This document shows positions 45,668 through 54,122 of a DNA stretch of 64,000 nt, one piece after another. Where the stretch lies: IMG/VR virus record IMGVR_UViG_3300040771_000047, positions 593-64,592 of that record. One strand, given 5' to 3'. Numbering within the stretch: the stretch's first letter is position 1; the number at the start of each line of letters is the position of its first letter. The stretch comes from a virus. A program made the translations under genes and the position numbers. The notes below the pieces were generated by a model. The model saw only the letters and a list, made by a program, of their open reading frames with translations. It ran no database searches and was not told the DNA's origin.

Positions 45668-45698
45668 AAAAGTGAGAGCAGAAATGTTCTCACTTTTT
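45668..45698 (+). terminator. Intrinsic terminator between Ubl and E2-like genes
   Basis: AAAAGTGAGAGCA-GAAA-TGTTCTCACTTTTT. Confidence 0.75.
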
Positions 45699-45710
45699 TA
45701 TTTTTTAACT

Positions 45711-46931
45711 ATGAATATAACATCAAATTTTAATTACAATGAAAGAAGGCTAGGTCTTCCTTTAGATAGAATAGTACATTCTGCTAGACTTTTGTCCTTA
45801 ACTAAGGATAAGAAATGGTTACATAAAATTATAGATAGAGGTTTAATACGAACTTGGGATGAAGGTATTATTGTAGAAAGTGATTCACAAAAAGATAGAC
45901 TTAAAGCTTTTATTGACATAATGATAGAAGGTTTTTCTAGAAGATATGGAAACAATTGGGATGTACACTTATCAAAAGTAAACAATAGACAGTATACCAT
46001 AAATTTCTTTACCATATTTCCTAGTACTACTATCACTAATAGAGATGGAAACAGTCATGTTATTAAGGATTTAATAGTTCTTTTTCCTATTGCTTGCTCA
46101 ACGGATGATAACTTTTATATCACTAGAATACAAGGTGGTAGAGCTACTTATTATCAGAAAGAGCTAGATAATCAATATTCTCACAGCCATTTAAGAAGTA
46201 GTGTTTCTGGGATTTCAGTAGATGAGCCTTTCTATACAAATGACTTTTGTATTGGAGCAGGTGATTTATCTTTTCTAGAAGGTGTATTACGTAATAATTT
46301 TAATGTCAGAGACTTAGAAGCTTATCTTTATGAAATAGATGCTACAATTCAATGGGAAAGTATTGAAGGTACTCCTTATAAACATATTAGAGACCTTACT
46401 TCTACTAGAAGTAGTATTGTAAGAGAAGGTTCTTATAGTGTTTCAGGTTTTACTAGCAATTTCTCTAATGATTTAGATGTAGACTTCTATATTAGTAACA
46501 ATACCTATAAGATAAAGTTCAATAGTACTTTTAAAAGTTTTATAAGAAGTATTTTAGACCAAAATCTTAGTGAATATGGTTCATTACGACATGACATACT
46601 ATGTGTTTATAATCCTGTAACTAGAAGGTATTACAGAGCAGAAAGTTCACAAACACAAGAAGGCTACATTCCAGACATTCGTACCTATGGAGGAGAAAAT
46701 GCTTACACTATTTACAATGGTCAGAAAAAGTATTTTTCTATCAAAGCTACCCCAATAAGAGCAAATGCTCCACAAGAAGTTTATATTATTTACCCTAAAT
46801 TCTTAAAAGATGTCCACACCCAATTTGAAAAATTACTCCACGAAAAAACCGTTAGACAAAGTGCAATTAGCAAATATCATTCCGCTGAATATCAGTCTTC
46901 CTATTCTACACAAAATTCAGTTTCTTTGTAA
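45711..46931 (+). CDS. Prokaryotic E2-like (UBC-fold) protein
   Basis: GGRATY..YSHSHL...DFCIG.G with candidate catalytic Cys (46248-50); ATG 45711 preferred because 45672 lies inside the terminator. Confidence 0.55.
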   Translation: MNITSNFNYNERRLGLPLDRIVHSARLLSLTKDKKWLHKIIDRGLIRTWDEGIIVESDSQKDRLKAFIDIMIEGFSRRYGNNWDVHLSKVNNRQYTINFFTIFPSTTITNRDGNSHVIKDLIVLFPIACSTDDNFYITRIQGGRATYYQKELDNQYSHSHLRSSVSGISVDEPFYTNDFCIGAGDLSFLEGVLRNNFNVRDLEAYLYEIDATIQWESIEGTPYKHIRDLTSTRSSIVREGSYSVSGFTSNFSNDLDVDFYISNNTYKIKFNSTFKSFIRSILDQNLSEYGSLRHDILCVYNPVTRRYYRAESSQTQEGYIPDIRTYGGENAYTIYNGQKKYFSIKATPIRANAPQEVYIIYPKFLKDVHTQFEKLLHEKTVRQSAISKYHSAEYQSSYSTQNSVSL

Positions 46932-47991
46932 AAGTATACCAAAAGTAGAATGGTCAGGTGTATTATTTTACTCTGTAACAGGAAGTATTAAAGACCCGAC
47001 TAACTTTAAAATTGAAATTGAAGATATATTACCTTTAGATGTAGGTACTTCAGTTTTTACTTCCTATGATTTAGATAATAGATTTATTGATTATCTTATG
47101 GAAGACCCTAAAAGAATGAAATTTAAAGTAGGTCACATTCATTCTCATAACATTATGAGTGTATTCTTTTCAGGTACAGACATGGAAGAACTAAATGACA
47201 GTGCTTCTGCTTACAATTACTATCTTTCTTTGATTGTAAATAACTATATGGACATGACAGCTAAAGTAGCTTTTGTTGCTAATGCTACTGCTACTATACA
47301 GAAAGTAGACTATGTTTCATTAGATGAAAATGGTAAGCCTTTTAGCATGTCACAAAAGGACTTTACTTTTGAGAAAGAAATTCTTTATATGTATGATTGT
47401 GGTATTACAGTACCTAGTATAGATATTGTAGTAGAAGATAGTTTTGCTAAAAAAGTGGCAGTTTTATTGGTACCAAAACCTGTAGTTAAACATGTTCCAA
47501 TAAAACCTTTAATTCCTGTAGTAAATAGAATTCTTCCTGTGCATACTCCAAAAGGAGCTCCTCAATCAAGTTTAAACAAGTATAAAGATTTCTTTAGTGG
47601 TTCTGAGTTTAGTTCTTTAGCTGATTTAATAGATGATGAAGATGATGAAGACTATGAAGAATCTGCTGAGAAACTACTTAGTTTTGCTACTTCTCTTTTT
47701 AGTAACTCTACTCAATTACTTTCAGATGAAACATTAGATGAAGTTCTATTGTCTTTACTTGATATGGAAGTAGACCCTACAGACATTGCTAAAAAAGTTC
47801 TAGATGTGTATGCTACTAATTACAGCAATCAGTTCCCTGAAAAAGATGATGTAGATTTTATTGCAGACACTTATGAAGTCTTAGATATTCTATATGATGT
47901 GCCAAGTGCACTTACAACACTTACTAACCCAACTATCAGAGTTATAGAAATGATGGTTAAAGCTTTTCAATCAGATGCAAGAACAGTTTAA
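46810..47991 (+). CDS. JAB/MPN+ metallo-isopeptidase with acidic C-terminal domain
   Basis: VEWSG (catalytic Glu) and GHIHSHNIMSVFFSGTD = HxH-x7-S-x2-D JAMM motif. Confidence 0.88.
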   Translation: MSTPNLKNYSTKKPLDKVQLANIIPLNISLPILHKIQFLCKSIPKVEWSGVLFYSVTGSIKDPTNFKIEIEDILPLDVGTSVFTSYDLDNRFIDYLMEDPKRMKFKVGHIHSHNIMSVFFSGTDMEELNDSASAYNYYLSLIVNNYMDMTAKVAFVANATATIQKVDYVSLDENGKPFSMSQKDFTFEKEILYMYDCGITVPSIDIVVEDSFAKKVAVLLVPKPVVKHVPIKPLIPVVNRILPVHTPKGAPQSSLNKYKDFFSGSEFSSLADLIDDEDDEDYEESAEKLLSFATSLFSNSTQLLSDETLDEVLLSLLDMEVDPTDIAKKVLDVYATNYSNQFPEKDDVDFIADTYEVLDILYDVPSALTTLTNPTIRVIEMMVKAFQSDARTV

Positions 47992-48652
47992 TAGATTTAA
48001 AGACGCACCTTGGTTCCCTAAAGATAGGGAATCTGTATTAATTGGTGGCGCAGGTGGTATAGGAAGTTGGTTAACTTTCTTTCTAGCCAGAATAGGTTTT
48101 AGTCCTATTGTTTATGATTTTGATACCATTGAAGAACACAATCTTGGAGGTCAACTTTTTAGAAAAGAAGATGTTAACAAGCTTAAAGTATTGGCATTAG
48201 CTGATATTACTAGAAGTTTTTGTAATACAGAGATAACTACTTTTACTGAAAAGATAGACTTAGACTCTCCTACTCATTACTTTATGTTCTCAGCTTTTGA
48301 CAACATGAAAGCCAGAAAAGATGCTTTTGAAGTATGGAAAAGAAGTATTCCAAATTGTCCTGTAACTCCTATCTTTATTGATGGTAGATTAGAATTAGAG
48401 CAGTTACAAATATTTGCAGTAACCCCTAATAGAATTGCAGAGTATGAAGCTCATTTATTTGATGACAGTCAAGTAGAAGACTTACCTTGTACGCTAAAGC
48501 AATCCTCTCATACTGCAGCTATGATTGCTTCTCACATGGTTGGTACATTTACTAATCATATTACTAACTTGTATACAAGAAGAAATATTAGAAGTGTTCC
48601 TTTTTATTATGAGTTCTATACTCCTATGGCATTAACAACTTTAAATGATTAA
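47975..48652 (+). CDS. ThiF/E1-like adenylyltransferase
   Basis: LIGGAGGIGSW, YDFDTIEEHNLGGQLF, KV.AL, FDNMKAR, IDGR, candidate catalytic Cys in LPCT. Confidence 0.9.
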   Translation: MQEQFNRFKDAPWFPKDRESVLIGGAGGIGSWLTFFLARIGFSPIVYDFDTIEEHNLGGQLFRKEDVNKLKVLALADITRSFCNTEITTFTEKIDLDSPTHYFMFSAFDNMKARKDAFEVWKRSIPNCPVTPIFIDGRLELEQLQIFAVTPNRIAEYEAHLFDDSQVEDLPCTLKQSSHTAAMIASHMVGTFTNHITNLYTRRNIRSVPFYYEFYTPMALTTLND

Positions 48653-48655
48653 ATT

Positions 48656-49663
48656 ATGTTAGAAATACATACTGAGACATATGGAAGTTTTGATAGGGAT
48701 AACAGTAAGCCTGCTAATCTTGTTAGTAATAACTTCTTTCCTCTTATATCTATTAATTGCTTAAGAATGGAAGGTAATCAAGAAGAAAATTTTACGCAGA
48801 CTTATTACAAACCTAGCATAACATCTTCAGTTAGAACTAAGGCTTCTTCTAGTAAAAACATTTTACATAGTTTAAATGACGAAGCTCAAGTCACAAAGTA
48901 TCTTTTTGGAGATAAAGTGTATTATATTAACAAAGGATTGGTAACAGACTCATTGGGTAAAATTTTACTTATACTTACTATTAAAAAAGAAGTTTTAGTA
49001 GAGTACGATTACTTAAAAAGAAATACTTTTCATCACACTCATGCTAGATTTAGCTATGATAACTTTGTTTTGTTTATTTCTAGTGAGATGTCCTGTAACC
49101 CTTTACATTCAGTATTTTACAGAAGAATACAAAAAAATTACTTGAGTTTTTGCTACGAAAAAGGAATGGAGGTACGTACAGTACCTTCTTCTGTAATAGA
49201 AAAGAATACCTTTGCAAATTCACTTAACCTAAGATTTAACTCTATTACAGAGTTAGACTACCACCTTAGAAATGAAGTAAAGTATTTCTTAAATGCTGAT
49301 GAAGGAGAATCTGTAACGCGTGCTCTACAAATTAATATACCACCTGTAGACATGGAAGAAGATGTGGAAGTACTGAATGAAGCATCTAATGTGTCTAATG
49401 TAGAAGCTGTACAAGAAAGAATATTAGAGTTACAAGATTTAGCTACTGCTTCAGTTGGAGTACCTGCTTCATATCTTAATGACAGTACTGATAGTGTAAC
49501 TTCTGGCTATATTTCAGGAATTGATTATTACAATAATCAAGTAACTACTTCTTCTTCAATAAGTACAGATAGTATAATGGCTATGTCAATGGCTATGAAT
49601 ACTGCAGTTAGAACACCTACAGTTGAGCCTGTAGTTGTGGATGATGATATTATAGAATTTTAA
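48656..49663 (+). CDS. Hypothetical protein with low-complexity acidic C-terminus
   Basis: 335 aa, 3 nt after the E1 gene. Confidence 0.65.
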   Translation: MLEIHTETYGSFDRDNSKPANLVSNNFFPLISINCLRMEGNQEENFTQTYYKPSITSSVRTKASSSKNILHSLNDEAQVTKYLFGDKVYYINKGLVTDSLGKILLILTIKKEVLVEYDYLKRNTFHHTHARFSYDNFVLFISSEMSCNPLHSVFYRRIQKNYLSFCYEKGMEVRTVPSSVIEKNTFANSLNLRFNSITELDYHLRNEVKYFLNADEGESVTRALQINIPPVDMEEDVEVLNEASNVSNVEAVQERILELQDLATASVGVPASYLNDSTDSVTSGYISGIDYYNNQVTTSSSISTDSIMAMSMAMNTAVRTPTVEPVVVDDDIIEF

Positions 49664-49704
49664 GAATAAAGGTATTGTAAGTTTATAATTTGTTAATAAG
49701 TAGA

Positions 49705-50232
49705 ATGACTTACATGGGAATAGGAAAAATAAATAAGATGATGGGGAGTGAAGCAGAAATTATGTACTCTTTATTCTTTAAGGATTTAGGCTTCAGAAAC
49801 TGTATACCTTCTCGTCATGTTAGTGCTAAGCATGATAATGCTAAAATAGATTTAATGAATATACCTTTTAATGTACAAGTTAAAGCAGGTAAACAAACAA
49901 ACATGAATCCTGGGAAGGAGTTGTTGTCAATGCAACATTGTATTGACCTCATGTTTGATGATGACGATGCTATAACATTAAAACCTAACATACTGATTCA
50001 TTACATTACAGTAGAAAAGGACAAAGAAAGGTTGCCTGAACATGAGATAGTTTATATGTCATTACAGCAATATGATTACTGGAGAAGTATGGGTTCAAAA
50101 CTAGAATATCTTGGAATGAGAGAATTTAGGTTTGAACTAAACTCTGAATTTAAGACCATTGTGTGTGTGACTTTAGAAGTTTTTAAAAAAGAAATCATAA
50201 TAAAACATTATCAGAATGGTAATAATAACTAA
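49705..50232 (+). CDS. PD-(D/E)xK-fold nuclease, possible junction resolvase
   Basis: E...SR..S...D..KIDL...NVQVK pattern; start uncertain (TTG 49690 or ATG 49705). Confidence 0.55.
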   Translation: MTYMGIGKINKMMGSEAEIMYSLFFKDLGFRNCIPSRHVSAKHDNAKIDLMNIPFNVQVKAGKQTNMNPGKELLSMQHCIDLMFDDDDAITLKPNILIHYITVEKDKERLPEHEIVYMSLQQYDYWRSMGSKLEYLGMREFRFELNSEFKTIVCVTLEVFKKEIIIKHYQNGNNN

Positions 50233-51487
50233 TCAAGAGTTAATACAAGAATATTTTGCATCTCCAGCTATAGGACAATCTACATTAAAGAAACTTCTAG
50301 GAGGTCTTCCAGGCTTTCATAAAGAAGTAGACTCTTCAGCATCACATTTTGTGCTAGGTTCTGCTGTAGATTGCATATTAACAGCAGAAGAAGGAGAATT
50401 TGAGAGACAATATTATGTTTCTAATGTTGAAAAGAAGCCATCAGATGCTATTGTAGCTATACTAAGTGTAGTTCATGCCAGATTGTTGGAAGATTATCAA
50501 GAGTATTTATCTGTAACTATTCCAGACACATCAGGTAAAGAAGCAGATTGGGGTTGGGAAAACCTAGAATCTAATGAAGTTACCGGCTTAATTAAAGAGG
50601 TTATAGCAATTTCATCATTTGTAGAATTTGTAGACACTTTATCTAATTGGGAAACTTATTTACTAGATGCTGCTTCAGAAATGGATTGGCAAAGAACTTG
50701 GGGAGATGCTGCTAAAATTAAGAATTTAGTAAATGAAAGAAATGAAGAATACTTTCTTGACCTTTGTCAAGCTTATGGTAAAAGTATACTAGACAATAGA
50801 CAAAATGAAACTGTTTGGAATATTGTTAGGTCCCTTCAAAATAATCCAAGAACTGCTAGGTTCTTTAATAGAGCAGGAATAAGTGAAAACCCTTTAGTAG
50901 AAGTTTACTATCAATTTCCTATTTATTTTGAACACAAAGGAACATCTTGTAAAGGTCTTTTAGACATGGTAGTTGTAGAGAAGTCTATAGACACGGCTAT
51001 TGAAGGAGTAGAAACTGACCCTTATATCACATCTATTATTCCTATAGATTTCAAGACTATGTTTGATGACACATATAACTTTATGGCTTCACTGAAGCTT
51101 AGAAGATATGATATTCAAGCCGCTTGGTATACTTTAGGACTTCATAAATGTTTTAACATAAGTGAAGATTCAAACATAGTAAAACCTTTTATCTTTGTAG
51201 TAGAAAGTACCACTTTTCAAGGAAAACCTCTAGCTTATGAGCTTACAGATGAGGTACTTAAAATTGGGAGGTATGGTAGAGCAGCTGTAAAAATAGTAGA
51301 ATCAGCTTTTACATTTTCTGAACAGCCTACACAATTCACTATACAGAAAAAGGTTCTAGGTTTTGAAGACCTTATAGATGATTACATTTTCTATGAAAAT
51401 AATGGATGGCATGAAGAAAAACTAATTCAAGCTTCAGGTACTAACCCTATCTTACTATCTTGGGATGGTATAGTTGACATGTCATAA
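50216..51487 (+). CDS. RecE/ExoVIII-like PD-(D/E)xK exonuclease
   Basis: IGQSTLK, LGSAVDC, CKGLLDM, IDFKT, YDIQAAWY. Confidence 0.8.
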   Translation: MVIITNQELIQEYFASPAIGQSTLKKLLGGLPGFHKEVDSSASHFVLGSAVDCILTAEEGEFERQYYVSNVEKKPSDAIVAILSVVHARLLEDYQEYLSVTIPDTSGKEADWGWENLESNEVTGLIKEVIAISSFVEFVDTLSNWETYLLDAASEMDWQRTWGDAAKIKNLVNERNEEYFLDLCQAYGKSILDNRQNETVWNIVRSLQNNPRTARFFNRAGISENPLVEVYYQFPIYFEHKGTSCKGLLDMVVVEKSIDTAIEGVETDPYITSIIPIDFKTMFDDTYNFMASLKLRRYDIQAAWYTLGLHKCFNISEDSNIVKPFIFVVESTTFQGKPLAYELTDEVLKIGRYGRAAVKIVESAFTFSEQPTQFTIQKKVLGFEDLIDDYIFYENNGWHEEKLIQASGTNPILLSWDGIVDMS

Positions 51488-51490
51488 ATT

Positions 51491-52075
51491 ATGAAAATAG
51501 AAATAGGAAAAGTTTTCCCTAACAAAACTGTTAAGTATTTGTTACCTAGTCTTAAACTTCTAGGAGATGATTTTAAAGCTAAATTTAATCTAGTACATGT
51601 ACTAGCATCAGGAGTACATGATACTCTTATGGATGGTACTCCTTATGAAGGGCAAAGACTAGTTTATCTTTTACTGGATAAGTTAGTAAAACCTACTTTA
51701 TTTAAAGGTTTTCTTTCTTGGGTAAAACTTCAACCTTATTATGCTCTTGATTATTCATTTGATAATTTTGAAACAGGAAGAATGCACATGATTGCATTAA
51801 GCTATCCTGAAAAATATGCAGATGCTTATGATAAGTTTATATTAGGTAAATATAGTAAAATGTACACCAAAGATGAAGTAGTAGAGTTTTTTGGTGCAAA
51901 TAGAGAAGATGCTAAAAGTGTTATTAATAAGTCAGCTAAATCAGGTGAAAAACATGTGATTAATTTGAATCTTACTTATAACTCTAGCATAACTTTAACA
52001 GATTTGTTACATGAAGGAGGAGAGCATGATTTCCCACCTCAAGAAGAACAAGAAGTATTTAATTTTAAAAAATAA
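51491..52075 (+). CDS. Hypothetical protein
   Basis: 194 aa ORF in operon. Confidence 0.6.
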   Translation: MKIEIGKVFPNKTVKYLLPSLKLLGDDFKAKFNLVHVLASGVHDTLMDGTPYEGQRLVYLLLDKLVKPTLFKGFLSWVKLQPYYALDYSFDNFETGRMHMIALSYPEKYADAYDKFILGKYSKMYTKDEVVEFFGANREDAKSVINKSAKSGEKHVINLNLTYNSSITLTDLLHEGGEHDFPPQEEQEVFNFKK

Positions 52076-52109
52076 ACCTCGCTTGCATAGGTCAAAGCTA
52101 ATCTACATT

Positions 52110-52364
52110 ATGAATAACAACCAAAAACTAACTGCTGCTGTACAAAAAGTTACAGGGCAAACTAAAGTACAGGCAGAAGAAAGCATTCAAGCAGTTCTAA
52201 CATCAGTAAAGAATTTAGCTATTGAAGATGGTAAAGTAACTATACAAGGTTATGGTACATTTTCTAATAAGTTAAGAGCTGAAAGAGAAGGTAGAAATCC
52301 TATGACAGGAGCTACAATTACTATTGAAGCAAAAGAAGTTTTTAGCTTTAAAGCTTCTAAATAA
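52110..52364 (+). CDS. hup: HU-family DNA-binding protein
   Basis: VTIQGYGTFS.K.RAEREGRNPMTG.TI.I.AK..FKAS; ATG 52110 preferred over 52011. Confidence 0.92.
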   Translation: MNNNQKLTAAVQKVTGQTKVQAEESIQAVLTSVKNLAIEDGKVTIQGYGTFSNKLRAEREGRNPMTGATITIEAKEVFSFKASK

Positions 52365-52375
52365 TTAACTAAAAA

Positions 52376-52417
52376 AAACAGAGTGAGAGTGTGCGTAACC
52401 TCACTCTGTTTTATTTT
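52376..52417 (+). terminator. Intrinsic terminator after HU
   Basis: AAACAGAGTGAG/CTCACTCTGTTT stem then T-rich tail. Confidence 0.7.
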
Positions 52418-52432
52418 AAAATCTAAATTAAA

Positions 52433-52567
52433 ATGGCTAAATTTTATTACGAATGTAAGAGTTGTGGGGAAGATTTTGATTCTTCATCAGCAGAAGTAGT
52501 GTGTACAGAGTGTTTAAGTAGTAACATTGTAGGAGGAGAAATAAGGGAGGAAGAAGATGATAATTAG
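52433..52567 (+). CDS. Zinc-ribbon protein (44 aa)
   Basis: YECKSCGEDF...CTECLS; not in ORF track; stop overlaps the kinase start. Confidence 0.65.
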   Translation: MAKFYYECKSCGEDFDSSSAEVVCTECLSSNIVGGEIREEEDDN

Positions 52568-53342
52568 TATATCTGGAAAAATAGGTTCTGGAAAGGATAC
52601 AGTAGGTAGGATTATACAATACCTTGAGAATCCTATAATTACTACAGCAGATATAGTTAAAGCTCTAAAAGATAAAAATAGAAGTTATAAAAGTACTTCT
52701 TTTGAAATCAAGAAATGGGCAGGTAAACTTAAAGATATTACTTGTATTTTACTTAACTGTACTAGAGAGGACCTTGAAGATTCTGATTTTAAGAATAAAG
52801 AATTAGAAGAAGAGTGGTGGTATTACACTAATAGTATAGAAATGTTTTCTTTTTTAAATAATCAAAAAGAACTAGACCATGAATATTATTTAGTTAAACT
52901 TACACCTAGATTACTTCTTCAACTACTTGGTACTGATTGTGGTAGAAATATTATACATCCTAACATATGGGTAAATGCTTTAATGAGTGAGTATAAAGGT
53001 TGGTTTGATGAACAAGGGGTTGTAATAGACAATAATACAGGTAGAAAAATGAAATATCCTAATTGGATTATTACTGACACTAGATTTCCTAATGAATTAA
53101 AAGCAGTGCAATCTAAAGGAGGTTTGAATATTAGAGTTAAAAGACCTAAACCTCTTATAAAAACAGGGAATAAAACAACAGATGATGTACTTAATCATAC
53201 TAAAAATTATGGTATAGTAGAACATGAATCAGAAACAGCATTAGATCAAGCTGAATTTGATTATGTTATTTACAATACTGGTACTATTCAAGATTTACTT
53301 AAAGAGATAAAAGAAATATTAACACAAGAAAAAATTATTTAA
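52557..53342 (+). CDS. Deoxynucleoside monophosphate kinase
   Basis: ISGKIGSGKDT, PRLLLQLLGTDCGR, ITDTRFPNE, HESETALD. Confidence 0.88.
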   Translation: MIISISGKIGSGKDTVGRIIQYLENPIITTADIVKALKDKNRSYKSTSFEIKKWAGKLKDITCILLNCTREDLEDSDFKNKELEEEWWYYTNSIEMFSFLNNQKELDHEYYLVKLTPRLLLQLLGTDCGRNIIHPNIWVNALMSEYKGWFDEQGVVIDNNTGRKMKYPNWIITDTRFPNELKAVQSKGGLNIRVKRPKPLIKTGNKTTDDVLNHTKNYGIVEHESETALDQAEFDYVIYNTGTIQDLLKEIKEILTQEKII

Positions 53343-53343
53343 G

Positions 53344-53667
53344 ATGTCATACAAAATTATAACTACAGTATCTAAAGTAGTAGAAACAACAACAGAAGTA
53401 GAAGTTACTTTAGTGGGTTATGTTGGGTCAAGAATCAAAATGTACAGAGAGCAACTAGGTTTGAAGCAAATAGATGTTTCTCGTAAAACTATACAACCAG
53501 ATGGTTCATGTGCAATTTCAGCTGGAACTGTTTCTTACCTAGAGAGTGGTATAGGAAATCCAGGTATTAACAATTTAGAAGAAATAGCTAGAGTTTTAGG
53601 AGTTCATATCTCTGATTTATTTCCTAAAAAAGAAGGAGAAGTTGAATCTGATTTAACAACTATCTAA
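53344..53667 (+). CDS. XRE-family HTH protein
   Basis: IKMYREQLGLKQ...TVSYLESG..NP.I..LEEIARVLGV. Confidence 0.85.
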   Translation: MSYKIITTVSKVVETTTEVEVTLVGYVGSRIKMYREQLGLKQIDVSRKTIQPDGSCAISAGTVSYLESGIGNPGINNLEEIARVLGVHISDLFPKKEGEVESDLTTI

Positions 53668-53668
53668 G

Positions 53669-53914
53669 ATGACTATAAAAACTAAATTTAACATAGGAGA
53701 TGTTGTATGGGTTATACATGGAACTGTAGTTCAATCAGCTTTTGTAAGAGAAATTGATATAAGAGTTACAGGTACCTATGGACATTTAAGGTATAACCTT
53801 GGTAACACTGCTACAACTAGTTCAAGACTTCAAGATGCTTCTATACATGGGACAAAAAACTTCTTAGAAGAGAATTTGTTTAAGTCAAAAGTTCTACTTG
53901 TAAAATCTTTATAA
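53669..53914 (+). CDS. Hypothetical protein
   Basis: KTKFNIGDVVW SH3-like start. Confidence 0.55.
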   Translation: MTIKTKFNIGDVVWVIHGTVVQSAFVREIDIRVTGTYGHLRYNLGNTATTSSRLQDASIHGTKNFLEENLFKSKVLLVKSL

Positions 53915-53915
53915 T

Positions 53916-54122
53916 ATGAGTGAATTAACTGAAGGACAAAAGAAAGGATATTTAAGAGACCCTAATGAATGTCCTTATTGCATATCTGAAAATATTGAAG
54001 TAATAAGTGACTTTGATTATGAAACATTAAGCACAACTGTAGCATGTCGTGATTGTAGTAAGACATGGAGTGATTGTTATACCTTAACAGATGTAGAAGG
54101 GAGTGTGACAAATGACACCTAG
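53916..54122 (+). CDS. Zinc-finger protein
   Basis: CPYC...CRDC. Confidence 0.65.
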   Translation: MSELTEGQKKGYLRDPNECPYCISENIEVISDFDYETLSTTVACRDCSKTWSDCYTLTDVEGSVTNDT

